From assembly GCF_009914755.1 (NCBI RefSeq), contig NC_060936.1: DNA of 64,000 bases; one strand, written 5' to 3'. The stretch comes from the human T2T-CHM13v2.0 reference genome, Homo sapiens. The translations under genes were made by a program, and so were the position numbers. The notes beneath the pieces are model-generated. The model was not told where the DNA came from, did no database searches, and saw nothing but the letters and a program-made list of their open reading frames with translations. The stretch's first letter is position 1; each line of letters begins with the position of its first letter. Shown piece after piece: positions 12,605 through 26,074 of this stretch.

Positions 12605-13500
12605 TCATATTAATAGGCTTTATTTTTTAGATCAGTTCAATACTCACACAAAAACTGGGCAGATAATTCCTGTTCCACTACGGTTTCACCTATTAATATC
12701 ATCTTACTTTTGTATGGCACCTTTGTTATAATTAATGACCCAATATTGATACATTGTTATTAACTACAGTCCATAGTTTACTTAGACTTCCTTTTTCAGT
12801 TTCTGGATCCTATCTAGTATATGCTACCACATTTAGTTGTTACCTCTTCTTTGGCTCATTATGGCCGTAATAATTTCTCACACTCTTACACATTTTTGTT
12901 GACCTTGAGAGTTTTTAGTTATGCTGGATCATATCTTATGTACAAGGCCTTCTATTAGAATGTGTCTGATGCTTTTCTCATTATTAGAACTGGGAATATG
13001 GGTTTAGGCAAGGAAGATAATAGAGGTAAAATGCCAATTTCATCATGTCATATATAAGGTACATACTATTAATGTGATTTACGACTGTTAATATTGACTC
13101 TGATATCTGGCTGACATAGTGGTTGTCCAGTTTCTTCACGATAAAATTATATTCTCTCCTGCCCTTTCCAGCTTGTACTCTTTGAAAGAAAGTCACTATT
13201 GCAGCCTACATTTAAGGATTGAGGGAGCTATACTCCCACCCAATTAAGATACAATATCTACATAATTTATTTGAAATTCTTTTGTACATGATATTGGTCT
13301 CTTCTTCCTTTAGTAATTTATTCAATTATTTATTTATATTAGAATGAACTCATTATATTTATTTTATACTCTGGGTTATACTATCATTGCATTCATTTTC
13401 TTGCTCAAATTATTCTAGCTTTGTCCATTGAGAGCTCTTTCAGTTGGCTCCTGTATTACTTTGATATAACCCTGTCACTATAGTGGGTTATTTTGTTGAA
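12605..13500 (-). mobile_element. L1MC-type 3'UTR fragment
   Basis: CCAATATTGATACATTGTTATTAACTACAGTCCATAGTTTAC; TGTCTGATGCTTTTCTCATTATTAGA; CCATTGAGAGCTCTTTCAGTTGGCTCCTGT. Confidence 0.8.
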
Positions 13501-14764
13501 CTACTTTTAACCAAAGAAAGACATATTTTTATGACTGTAGAATCTGGGTCTTGTTCTTGTTTAAACACACATACACGTAAAAACACAGAAAAGAATGAGG
13601 GGAGAGAGAAAGTACAAGGAGAGATTTTCATCATAATAGATAGGTTTATTTTATCCAGGGATTTAAAAGAAGTACTATCAATTTTGACTTTAAAACTTTA
13701 CTCAGATAGTCAGAAATACAAACAGTGTCCAACTAAGGGATGTAAAACCAAGTCAAGTTCTATTACTATAATACATGAGATAATTTTCGAATGGCTATAG
13801 ATTTTGTACTTCTATGTGTGAATGAGTACTCACAGAGATGAGATGAGAAGAGAAATTACCAATTTTAAGCTTGCAAATAATTTTATCATACATCATCTCT
13901 AAGCTTCAAAGAATTCAGGATCACTCCTTGTGCACTTAACGGTTTTGGTTCATTTTGAAAGTCTGACATAAGAGAAAAAAACATAATGTAGAAGCTTTAC
14001 TTTACTTGTACATAGGTCACATCAGAATTGACTCACATAGAGTGGCTGTATTGTAATTAAATGCAATGGTTAGTTTCATTTCTCATTATAGTATAGAAAA
14101 AGTAACACTGAGATAAATGTTTTTACTCTTTTTTTGGTCACTTTTACTTCCTGGTCATTCCTATAAGATACTTAATTATTCTGGCAGTATTAATAAAAGA
14201 CTTAAAAATATAGCCTTTCAAATAATGAAGAAGAATGCAGATCATTTCATTAATATCCCTTGGCAGCAAATATCAAGCCAAATGCTCACATGGATATAAA
14301 ATATTCTCACATTTTTCTGAATTATATATTTCTGAGCATCAGTCATTATCAATAAAATATTTGCAGAGTGTAACTGAGTACTCAATATGTCGCTGAAATA
14401 ATGTTATATTGTTTCAAAGAAGCAGCAGACATGGGCTACTTTCCTGAAAGAAACAAATATTCTTCGAATGTATTATAGAAACTTTACATATTTTTGGCTG
14501 TGTGTGTATCTATATCAATATGAAGAAAGGTCTCATTCCTGGAAAAGGTAACAAATTAAACCATTGTTTAATTTTGTTTAATTCTGCTGTATTTCCACCC
14601 TTTCAAACCCACAATTATTCTGTATTTATTGCTCTGCTATTCAGATACTGCTACCAAGTGCTAAGAATATCCAGTGGTGAAAAATTTCAAGAATTTTATC
14701 TATTCCCCCCCAAATCATCATGTCCAGAGAAGTCCAGTATTTTGGCTTTATAGTTTACTATTTA

Positions 14765-14945
14765 GGAGCCCAAGGTTTTAAGTCAGATAAGCCTGGCTCG
14801 AGCACTTACATTGTAATCTTTTCTAAGTAATCTTATTTAACCTTTCAACACTCCAGTTTCTTTGCCTGTTAAATGGCCTCATTAGGAGTTTTATAAGGAT
14901 TAAATGCAGTAATCTGTGCAAAGCACATAGTGCAATGCCAGAAAC
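14765..14945 (+). mobile_element. MIR SINE
   Basis: AGTCAGATAAGCCTGG...CCAGTTTCTTTGCCTGTTAAATGG...AAGGATTAAATG...AAAGCACATAGTGCAATGCC. Confidence 0.8.
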
Positions 14946-16049
14946 CTTCATTGTAAAACTCTCTATGGGAAGTCAACCATGTACAGAAAGTGAATGATAG
15001 ATGGTAGTTATTGTTCTTATCATCAGCATCATTATTACTCAAAACACTCTGGTCAGCTACTCACAGACAAATATAACATACAGTTCCTTGGGAAAAACAT
15101 TTCTCACATTTTTTGCTTCCAACTGTATGATCGCCTTATACTACAGAGAAAATAAAAGGGTTCTTATTCAATTTTCTAGGCTGTTTTAGAAACCTAAAAT
15201 CAGAGGCTGAGGTGAAGAAATGATGAATTGCCAAGTAAGACCCTCAAATTTGTAGAAGACTTTCAATACCTAACCTGAGTCACTGCAGTTTTAGAGGATT
15301 TTAGTACAGCTCAGCAGGTATAAATAGGTAGACAAAAGTAGACAAAGGAACCTCTACATAATTTTTATACATGTATTATCCCTGAAAAACTCTACAAAGA
15401 TAAGCATTCGTAAGAGAAGGTATCTCATGTGCTCATATCTAAAATATTAACCTTCTGTCTGGAGCTTAATACCCAAACTGCAGAGTCAACCAGGGGAATC
15501 CCAGACTTAGCAAGATACAAGAATATTTGTTAGGTAATATACTAGGATTGAAGTCCTAAAATTAAGAATAGCTTCACAAATAGAAAGAAGGGGAAATTGT
15601 AGGTTAAGTAATCCAACATTATTAGGGTATAGTTACAGTTTAGAGATAAATGAGAGCATATAAAACATTTCATGAGGCAACAGCAATAGCTGTTTAGAAT
15701 TTGACAAATCTAGTTAGATTTCCCATACCAATTTCACTTCCATTTATTAATATGTGTCTTCAGTATATTAAAAAAAGACATTTAGTAATCAGCTTTTTAG
15801 AGACACATATAAAATTAAAATTAAAAATAAATTATTTAACTAAATAAACCTTTAGGAGGAAAGCAACATGAAGAAACTGCACTTGGGGAAGAATGTTGAA
15901 AAAGGAAAAGAGAAGATAAAGTTTAGTAGCCAGGAGCCAATTTCAAAAGAACACCCAAATACCTTACTAAGTGAGTAGGTGTCTAGAGGTTAGTATGTTA
16001 AGCCTGTCCTGAAACAGCTGACCACATAAGCAAGCATGAAATAGGTAAG

Positions 16050-16420
16050 GTAATAGTGGACTTAAAGGCCAAGCATCTTGAAGGCAAAGATCAAAAGATT
16101 AGACTTCAGGAGAAACACAATTGGCAGCTGCTTCAGTATAATGACAAAGAAGGTCATGTTGCTTTGAAGGAAATAATTCCAGTTGCTTAGAGTTAAATAA
16201 ATTGGATAGGAGAGAGGTTGAAGACAGGGCTCTACCTTGAAGGCTGTCTCATTAGCCCTGGCACAAGGTAAATGTATTCTAGATAAAGACTGTGGCAGTG
16301 TGAATAATGAGTGGACCTCAACAATGTCCCAAAGGGCAGAGTGACAGGATTGTGATGGACTGAATGACAAAGTCAAAAGAGAAAGTGAGAAATCAAACAT
16401 CAGTTTACTCCTATGGCTCT
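16050..16420 (-). mobile_element. L2 LINE fragment
   Basis: L2 antisense motifs (GGATAGGAGAGAGGTTGAAGACAGGG; CTGTGGCAGTGTGAA; GACAGGATTGTGATGGACTGAATG). Confidence 0.6.
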
Positions 16421-18559
16421 CAGACCTGTTAACTTGCGGGTATAAGAAAGTTTCTCTAAAAAGTTTACGGAGCTAAAAGCTCTACTTTTGTCCAGAGGGC
16501 TATGTATCAGATCCTGGTAAACATGGAGTGCTAGAATATGAGAAGTAAAGTAACTTTAGGTAAAGTAACATTAGGTAGATGAGCTTCTGGAAATACTAAT
16601 AGAAAAACAGAAGAATGTAAACATGTGAAAAAAAGACTTCTGTAAATTGTAGTATTCTAGGGATATTATACACATGAACTCATCTTCACTTTATGATAAT
16701 TGAATTAACTCCTGGACTAATAGAATAGTCCTTCCCATTTGATAACCAGCTCACTGCTTGGTATATAAAAGCTGCTTAAAAATACTTGTTAATAAGGACC
16801 AGTATAACCTTTGTCTTTAATGTGAAATATTGAAAAAATCACCGAGTAATTAGATTGAATAAGATGTGTTAGTCAAAGTGTGTGTGTGGCCGGGGTGGGG
16901 GGTGCGTGTTACAAAAAAGAAAAGAATGAAACAGAAAATTAACTTTTAAGATTGGGTACAATTATTCTCCTAATTATCAACTTTAAAGTTTTTCTCTGTT
17001 AGGCAAGTGTGACTATTGACTAAAATATTTGTGTTTTTCCTTCTCATCCTAAAGTGAGTTAAATAAGTTAGGTGAGCTAAAATTCAATGCTTTTTCAGAA
17101 TCAATACAGTTTATCTAGAACATATTGTACGTTTATTTCACAGTTTGAAAAAAATAGTTTTCATTTTTTGATTTATTTAATAGGAAAATGTAGGCATTCA
17201 TGCTTCAAAAACATCGTGAGGATCAGTTAATATCAAAAAGTACAATTTTCAGATGCTTGGATTGTGAGAGGCAAGGCAATTTATATATTGTAGTAGTGTG
17301 CCTTCTTTAAGTATTTCTGATTTTTCTTTCAGTGTACCTACTGTGTTCCAAAAGAGTGAAAGAGTGATAGGACAGTTATTTTGATCTCATTTGTAAAGGC
17401 CTCTGTCCCAAGGGAATTGAAAGAGGAGTTCCTGAGAATGTTCATTCCTTTCTATCATTAAAATTATTTTTGCAAATCAACATAGGGCCAATCCCTGCAA
17501 ATACATTCTATTTGATGTGAAAATTAAAATACTATGCCACCCTATTTTGCAATGTCTTGATAAAAGTGTGACTCTACTACACATAAAAAATGCATATCTT
17601 TGAAATATTTACCAATATTTCCAGTAAAGGGGAAAAATCTTCCATAGTAATTAATTTTGTTATAGGTCTATTTACCAGTTACATGAAATGATGTTAGTAT
17701 GTCAAAATCTAGATCTTACTCTCACGCAACTATTTCATATAGCTCAACAAATAATCTGTTTTAAAGAAAGCTAGTTACGCAGAAAACCACCTGAAATTTG
17801 TGACTTAATTTAGGAGAGGTGAAAAAAAAATCAAAGGTCTCAACGTATCTGTCTCAGTGGCTTTCTAAAAAGAAGTTATTCCCTAAAAACTAAATTTTCC
17901 ACCAGAGCACTTTGTTTCCACTGCTTCAGTTTTCAGTGGACTTTTGTATCCAATTATCTCCCCTCGTTCCTTCCACCCTAGGCATGACAATGCCTTTCCA
18001 GTGTTCTTGCTGCTGTCTTAACTGACTACATCTCTGCCAAATGGTAGTTTCTATCATTGAACCTGTCTGGATCCTGAATGAAACCGTGGTTCATACTGGA
18101 GTAGCCTCAGGAAATAGATACTTGAGACAGTTTTCAGGTACAGGATTTTACATATACCTATTTGAGATAAACACGGATAATTTTCTTGTTAGGGAGATAT
18201 GTAGAGCTGGTAATATATGACAATCGTGTTATCATTTGGATTTCAAATATTATGATTTTCTAAGAAAAATCTCATAAGTATTTTTCTATAGCCATTTTTC
18301 TCCAAAATTCCAAACATCCCATTTTCCTCAAAGCATAAATCTTAATCAGTGTACCTATCACGAAGCAGGTAGTGAGAAGCTATTATTTTTGAAGAACTCT
18401 AATTCCTATTTTGATGGAGTAGGAAAGCACAAGATAAAAGCCATCCAAACAGACAGATACCCAAGTTTTAAAACTAGAGGTAGTTAAAATCCAGAAAATT
18501 ATTAGGTCAAAATAGCAATATGCATAAACAGTATACTGTTGAATTTGTAAGTGTGTATT

Positions 18560-18590
18560 TGTGTGTGTGTGTGTGTCTGTGTGTGTATGT
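18560..18590. repeat. (TG)n microsatellite
   Basis: Direct reading. Confidence 0.9.
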
Positions 18591-19199
18591 TTCTCTTCAT
18601 GATTCCTATGGCTAGAGTTATCTTTGACAGGTTGAAAGTATACATTATTTATTTATTCTTTTAGAAAAATTGGTTTAAATGTATAACCTTCCTGATGATT
18701 AGGCATGTAGTTAAATGGGGATAAGCAAAGAACAGAGCCCAAAGGCAAGGTTTGTAGGTAAGATAAGGAGAGTTAAGCTGTTCTGCAAGATAAGCTGGCA
18801 GCAAATGAATGTGTGTTAGGAGAAGAAGGAAGAACCATGACAGCTGAACAGGAGACATGAACAAGGTTTTAACCAGTGGAATACTAGAAGGAATCCATTT
18901 CCCTTTGCTTCATGTGTTCATAATAAGAAGGAAAATGTAGGTCAAAATTAAGTTGAATAAAAGTAAAGTAAAAGTGATGTTAAAATATAGAAAAAGAGAA
19001 ATCAGACTAAAGACAAAACTTAAATATTTATTTAAGTATTTGTAATTGTTATTTGTTTAAATAACATTTGTAATTTAAGTATTTGTAATTGTTATTTGTA
19101 ATTGTTATTCTGTTTAAAATTATAATTAAAATCTCACTAGGGTCATAAGTTGAGAAAGAGAAAATTTTCAAAGAAAACACTAAATGCAATTGAAATATT

Positions 19200-19475
19200 T
19201 ATATGTACTCAATGTACATATTTAAAGGTAAATGTATACATATATAAAAATGTTATATATACACGCATATGTATATGTATGTATATTTTCACATGTGTGT
19301 ATGTACACATAGATATGCATATATATACATAAATATGTGTACATTTTTACATATATACACATAAATATGTTTACATATTACACGCATATAAATATATGTA
19401 TAACTGTACATGTATATGTATATATACGCATAGCTATGTGTACATATGTGTATGTACATACATGCATATATGTAT
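19200..19475. repeat. Degenerate alternating purine-pyrimidine (TA/CA/TG) low-complexity tract
   Basis: Direct reading of ATATACACGCATATGTATATGTATG-type units over ~270 bp. Confidence 0.85.
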
Positions 19476-20126
19476 GAAAATTTTCCACGATATATAAGAC
19501 AATAAGTAAGCTAAGCACTTCTGATGAATAAATTAAATGTAAGTACAGTTGTTTAAAGAGTTTCTGACTCTAAATTCTAGTATCACTTTACAATTCTGTG
19601 TTTTGTGAGAATGCTTGAGTTTCAGATTATTTATTATCCTACCTTATGATATTAAATATAACCCAAATAAAACTGTCTTCTTGCTCTCGTGTTAAATCTA
19701 GTTTCAGCATATCTTCCATGTAAAAAAGTGCCCTCTTTCAAAAGTACTGAAAAACTATAGAAACCTTTACTGAAGTTTTGTCAATACACTAAGGAGAAGA
19801 TGACACAACACATCACACATCATAACTCCTTAAAAAATATTCTTAAACATTTTCTCTACTCACCCAAGTTCCACCCATTATGGCAGCCTCTTAACTCTCT
19901 CTGATCTCCATCTTCCCTTCTCACTTAACCTTACCCATTGGCTTGCCTTTTCTGTCAGATGTACTTGTTTCTTCCATGTCTTTCCCTCTATTTCTCTTTT
20001 ATCTTTTCTCACATACAGAAACATGAGGTCTCTCAGTTACTCAAATTCTATTTGCCTATCCACTAGGCCGCCCAAGCAAATAGAAACATAGTAGCTGAGC
20101 AGAACAGTATCCTCCTTAGAAAATGA

Positions 20127-20670
20127 TGTTCTGGTTTTCTATTGTATAATTAACTACCCCCAAACTTAGTGAATTGAAACAATAATTACTTAATTATACA
20201 TTGTGTGGACCAATATTTCAGACAGGGTTTGGCTGGGTGATTCTTTAGTTTCATGAGTTTCCACCTGGAGGCTACACAGTGATATTCTGCTGGTGTTTAG
20301 TGTAGTCTGTAGGGTCTAGGAAGACTTTGCTTACATATACGTGGTTCCCCAGCAGCAGTGGTTGGAAGACTCAGCTGAGCTGAAATCCTCTACTTCTCAG
20401 GGCCTCTTCATTTGTTCTATCTAGCTGGGAAGTCAACTCTTTAAATGTCAACTCAGGAATTTACGGTCAAGTGTTTCTAGAGATTCAAGAGGAAGCTCAA
20501 GGCCTCTTACAACCTAACTACAAAAATCCAAAAAAAGTCACTTCTGCCTTATTCTATTGGTCAAGCAAGTCACTAAGATCAGTGCAGTTCAGGGTAAAAA
20601 GAATTGCACTCCATCATTCAACAGGAGGAGTAGCAAAACAAACAAACAAAAAACAGTTTAAATTACCACA
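20127..20670 (-). mobile_element. MLT1H-like MaLR solo LTR
   Basis: TAACTACCCCCAAACTTAGTG; CAGGGTTTGGCTGGGTGATTC; TCACTTCTGCCTTATTCTATTGGTCAAGCAAGTCAC; ends TACCACA. Confidence 0.75.
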
Positions 20671-20969
20671 GAACGTAAAGAAAAATGGGTGGAAATACTC
20701 ACACTTTAGTATGCTGTGTCTCTTTTACACAATACACGGTCTGAACTACCTGGAGATTTATAAAGCAAGAATGATTATATAGCATGTCTCACACATCAGG
20801 GTGAATGAATTGAGGAGACTGGAAAGGGAATAAAATATTATGTTCCAAGATGAATAAAATTATTTTTATATTCTTAAAGTGAAGCAAACAATGGGTCATG
20901 ACAGCATTACAAAAGTTAAAAACTGAATATTATACAGGCAACAAAAATATGAAGTTTATTTCTGTAGAT

Positions 20970-21155
20970 TAGCACATTGTCAAATTTAAATATTATTTGA
21001 GCCCCACTTGTAATTTAAAATTTTCTAGTAACCACAATAAAGCTAGAAAAATATGGGTGAAACTAATTTAACAAATGTATTTTATTTAGCTCAATATATT
21101 TAAGAATGCTATCTAGTCAACATACAATGAATATAAAAATTAGAAACATTTTTCT
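20970..21155 (+). mobile_element. MER33 hAT-Charlie MITE, left part only
   Basis: TGTAATTTAAAATTTTCTAGTAACCACA...GGTGAAACTAATTT...TATTTTATTTAGCTCAATATAT; truncated at the L1 junction. Confidence 0.7.
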
Positions 21156-24100
21156 GACTTGTTAGTGGGGCTATTGGTTTTTATCTTGTTCAGTTGTTTG
21201 GGTTTCTTGTAGATTCAGAATGTTAGTCCTTCGTCAGATGCATAGGTTGCAAATATTCTCTCTCATTCTGCATGCTGTACTATTACTCTGTTGATTGTTT
21301 CTTTTGCAGTGCAAAAGCTTTTTATTTAAGTCCTATTTGTCTATTTTTTGTTTAATTTTTATTTGAGGCTTCATCATAAATTATTTGCCCAGGCCAATGT
21401 CCAGAAGAGATTTTCCTGGGTTTTCTTCCAAGATATTAATAGTTTGGGGCCTTAAGTTGATTTAAGTCTTTAAATAATGTTGACTTAATTTTTGTATGTG
21501 GTGAGAACTAGGAGTCCAGTTTCATTCTTTTACATATGACTATCCAGTTTTCCTAGCACCATTCAATTTATAAGGTATCTTTTTCTTAGTGAATATTTGT
21601 ATTGACTTTGTTAAAGCTCAGTTTATTGTAGGCATTTGATTTTATTTCTGAGTTCATTATTTTGTTCCATTAATCTATGTGTCTGTTTTGTACTAGAACT
21701 TACTGTTTTGGTTACCATAGCTTTGTATTATAGTTTGAAGTCAGGTAATGTGATGTCTCCAGATTTTTTCACTTTACTAAGAATTGCTTTGGCTATTTGG
21801 GCTCTTTTGGTTTTATATGAATTTTTGAATTATTTTGTAATTCTATGAAAATAATGCTAATAATTTGATGGAAGTATATTCAATCTGCAAATTTATTTTT
21901 GCAGTATATTCATTATAATGATATTGATTCTTCCAATCCATGAGTGAGGATTGGAAGTTATCTACAATTCTAAATTATCTACACTTTAAATAATTTAAAT
22001 AATCTATCTAAATTATCTACAATTTTTTTGTCAGTGTTTTGTAGTTCTCCTTGTAGAGATATTTCAAATCCTTGGTTAAACGTATGTCTAGGTATTTGGG
22101 ATTTTTTAGTTTGTAGTTGTTGTAGATGGGATTGAGTTCTTTGTTTGGGTCTCAGTTTGATTATTATTGATGTATAGAAATGCTACTGATATTTGAACAT
22201 TGATTTTGTATCCTGAAACCTTACTGAGGTCATTTATTGAATCTAAAAATCTTTTGGAAGAGTCTTTGAGATTTTCTAGGTATAAGATCATATCATTAGC
22301 AAATGGAAATAATTTGACTTACTCTTTTTCAATTCCAATGCCTTTTATTTCTTTATCTTGCTTGATTGCTCTGGCTAGGACTACCAGTGCTATGTTGATT
22401 ACCAGTTAAGTGGGCTTCTTGTAAACAGTGTGTGGTTAGAACCTTTTTTCATCCGTTCTACCGAACTATAGCTTTTCAGTGGAGCATTTAGTTGATTTGC
22501 ATTCAAAGTTAATATTGATATATAAGATTGTGTTTTTGTCATAATACTAATTGTTTCCTCATTGATTAGTATTCTCAATTGTGGAACTGCTTTATAAAAC
22601 ATGTGAGTTTTATACTTTCATGTTTTTATGATGCTGAGTATTAACCTTCCATTTCTCAGATTTAGAACTCCTTTGAGCATTTCTTATAAGGATGGTCAAG
22701 TGTTGATGAATTTTCTTAGCATATGTTTGTGTGGGAAAAATTTTAATTATCCTTCCTTTATGAAGCCTAGTTTAGCAGAACACAAAACTCATGGCTGATA
22801 GTTTCTCTCCTTAAGAATACCGAAAATAGGACCCCCATCTTTTCTGACTTTTTAGGTTTCTGCTGAGAAGTCTGCTGTTAAAGTCTAATTTCCTTGACAG
22901 CTAATTAGACACTTTTTTCTTGCTACTTTTAGGATGTTTTTCCACATTTACTTTAGATGGTCTGATGACTATATGCCTTGGTGAAGTTTTCCTTGCTATA
23001 TATCTTCCAGTAGCTTCTTGTATCTATTTGTCTAAATCTCTACCAAGACCAGGGAAGTTTTCCTAAATTATTCCCTCAAATAAGTTTTCTAACTTTTTCA
23101 CCTTTTCTTCTCCCTCAGACATATCATGACTCATAGATTTGGATGCTTTATACAATCCCATATTTCTCAAAGGCTTTGTTCATTTTCAAAAATTCTTCTT
23201 TAGTTTTGCCTGAGTGAATTAATTTGAAATATCTGTCTTTAAGCTTTGAAATTCTTTCTTCTGTTTGTTCTAGTCTATGTTAAAGCTTTCAACTGTAATT
23301 TGTAATCCCTTCAATTAATTTTTATTTCCAGAATTCTGTTTGTTTGCTTTTCAAATATGTATTTGTTTAGTAAATTTTTCATTCATATCATCAATTATTT
23401 TTCTGATATATATGTGTTGGTTTTCAACTTCTCTTAGATCTCATTGAGTTCCCTTACAATCCATATTTTGATTACTTTATCTGGTATTTCAAGAACATAT
23501 TTGGTGAGGATGCCTTCCCGGAGAGATAGTGTGATCCTTTGTAACTGTCATAATACCTTCTTTTTCATACTGCCAAAATGGTTACTCTGGTTCTTTCTGA
23601 CTTGAAGAAGCATCACTTCCCATTTTTGAATTCACTTTCATTTGAATGAGACTTTTGTTTTTTCCCTTGAGGGTATGACTGTAATGTATGTTGAGCAAGG
23701 ATGTTTGGCTTTGCTTCTGGGTACTTTCAAGGGGAGAAGTCTCTGTATGAATTCCTTGGAATCTATTCACTAAAGTTATAGATAGCTTGGGTATGGTTGT
23801 TTTCTCAAATGCTGATTGTGGTCATGGTATAGTAGACCTATGCATAGGAAGGCAGAGTCTTGAGGAAGCCCATCTCATTCCCAACCACTGTGCACTTGAG
23901 TCCGTAGATTTTGTATTGGGTTGTGCATTTTGACCTTTAGGCCAGTAGGTAGTGCTTGCAAGTAAGAGCTAGCTGCAGTGGTAACAGTGAGGTATACGTT
24001 TGATCTATTTTTTCTTGGAGAAGCTTTCTGACTCCTCAGGCCATGGGCTAGGCTCCTCAGGCCAATGAATTTCACAGCGGCCTGGGCTCCATTCTCAGCC

Positions 24101-25762
24101 TGAGATAGGGTAAAGCTGGGTAGAGCTGTTCCACACTGACCCACCCTCAGTCCTCCAATGGTGGGTGCAAGCACCAGCCCTGTTGGAGGTGGCAGAGGAG
24201 TGCCATAGACTCTGTACTATTTATTTGGTAAAACTCTATTTCTCTCTTACTAGCTTCTCTCTTACTATTTCTTTCTTACTAGCTTCTCTCTTAACTAGCT
24301 TCTTTGTTGTTGCATTGCAGCCAGATACTTAAGTCTTCCTTCAAATTTTTATATGTCAGACTCTCTTGTACCTTCAAGTTTTTACATTCATCTCATCAAC
24401 TCTACCATCTACTGTTATACTCTGATAGCAGTGTGGTAGCTTTCTCCAAATCCAGTTGCAGTAGTTATCTACTGGCTGGGTGAGCAGGCTCAGGGTTTCC
24501 TGAATCTGTGGAGTGTTTTGGGGGATGGTAGTAGCTGCTGTCATACAATGCTTGTCTCCTCCCTGAGCACTGCGAGGTTGTGTCTGCAAATGTTGTAATG
24601 GGCTATGCAGACTGAACTACTGGCCAGCAGGTGTCACTTTCAGGAAAGAGCCAGCTGAGGTGGTGAGATTTGTGCTTAACCAGGTGAAGTGCTCCGAAGT
24701 CCCTGGCAATGGGTAGGGCTAGGGAACTCCCAAGGGTATCTGTCCCATGTTCTGTCAACAAAGAGGGTGGGGAGAAAACTGGGTGGGACTGGGTCCAAAG
24801 AGCCTGTGTTCAGGCTCTCCAATGGTGAGCACAAGCTTGGACCCCAAGGGGGAATCATAGGATGGCTTCTAGGCTGCGAATGAAGTGCTCCGGGGAGGAG
24901 CGGAGCTACCTTCACTGCCGAAAGAGCCTCCACAGAGAGAGAGGGGCAGCCCAAGCTCCACACTCCAGCAGGCAATAGTGACAGCCACCCAACTCCTGTG
25001 ACCTTGACCCAGTGGACTGCTGCTGGCAGCAAGCTGAAGCAGCCAGTGGAGTCCCGAGCAGCCCACACTAAGATCATAATATTGCTCAAAGTCACAAGAC
25101 TCACATACTAGGGAAAACAAAAAGCAAAAAAACAAAAACAAAAACAAAAAAAACCCTGCGGCTCCCAGATCACATGTCTACTGGTCCATGTTCATAAAAT
25201 GGGGGTGCCCAATTTCTTCACCCACAGCAAGAGCCCACTCTCCACACCACCTCTCAGTTCTGGCCACGGGGCTTCATCTCTGCTCGAGATTAGGCTGCAA
25301 ATCTCAGTCGGAAGCCTTTCCCAACCTGTGACCGCTGCTCTAGTTGGCCGGCAGGTTTCTGTGAAGTCCTCCATGAATTAGAATCAGAAATGGCTTCCTT
25401 TTATTGGCACCAGGGTCTGACAGTGCACACAAAACATCCCCTGGAGCCTCTTCTCACAGACTCGCCTCCCCTCACCAAGTCAGATCCAGCACTGGGTAGG
25501 ATTGAGGAGCTCCCATGTGGCCCAGTTCACCACGTTCCCCAGTGGGAATGTGTATCACGGAGATTGACTCTCCCCCCTTTTCATGCTCTGAAGACTTGCA
25601 CTTTTCCACTGAAACCCCAGTGAAGGCTGGTGCCCGCCAGACCATTCAAAGTATCCAGAGATTCTTTTGCTTTTTCTGTTGAGACAGCGTGAATCTCTAC
25701 ACACTATTTTGCTCTTTCCAAGTGGATGAGGCATGCTAACAAAGCCTCCAATCCACTATCTT
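21156..25762 (-). mobile_element. Old L1 (L1M1/L1M2, L1MA-age) retaining 5'UTR and ORF1, with a large internal ORF2 deletion at ~22400 and no 3' end
   Basis: The minus strand starts AAGATAGTGGATTGGAGGC at 25762. ORF 22399-22602 contains ISILTLNANQLNAPLK (ORF2 N-terminus) directly next to RT sequence [31 protein letters not shown] (22106-22291). The GC-rich 5'UTR spans ~23700-25760. Confidence 0.9.
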
Positions 25763-26074
25763 AAAAAAAAAAAAAAAAGAAAGAAAAGAAAAGGATATAT
25801 AGTCTAGATCATATAATAACTAACACATAGTTGCCATGTCAGAAGCTTAGGGGCCATTTTTTATTCTGCTTCTTTTCTTTACTTGTGAAGTCTCAGTGAT
25901 CTTGTTAATAATTTCCAACATCTAAGGCCTGTCTCAACTATCGCCTTTTAACTTGTCTAATATTCTAATATTCCCTTCTGCTCCCCTCCTATCTACTCTC
26001 TATAAAATAATAGAAACCAGAATGACTGAAAGGCCATGGCATTTTCTGCAGTGCATAGGTGGTAGATCTATCCA

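Noticed and set aside
17320-17460. Polypyrimidine tract plus CAG (TTTTTCTTTCAG) as an exon acceptor
   Set aside because: No ORF or convincing downstream donor; unsupported without transcript data
24241-24300. Short direct repeats as a CRISPR-like array
   Set aside because: Eukaryotic context and no unique spacers; explained by stuttered templated insertion
23740-24680. Similar blocks at ~23780-24000 and ~24430-24680 as a locus-specific duplication
   Set aside because: They are highly diverged and more simply explained as the repeated units known in old L1 5' regions
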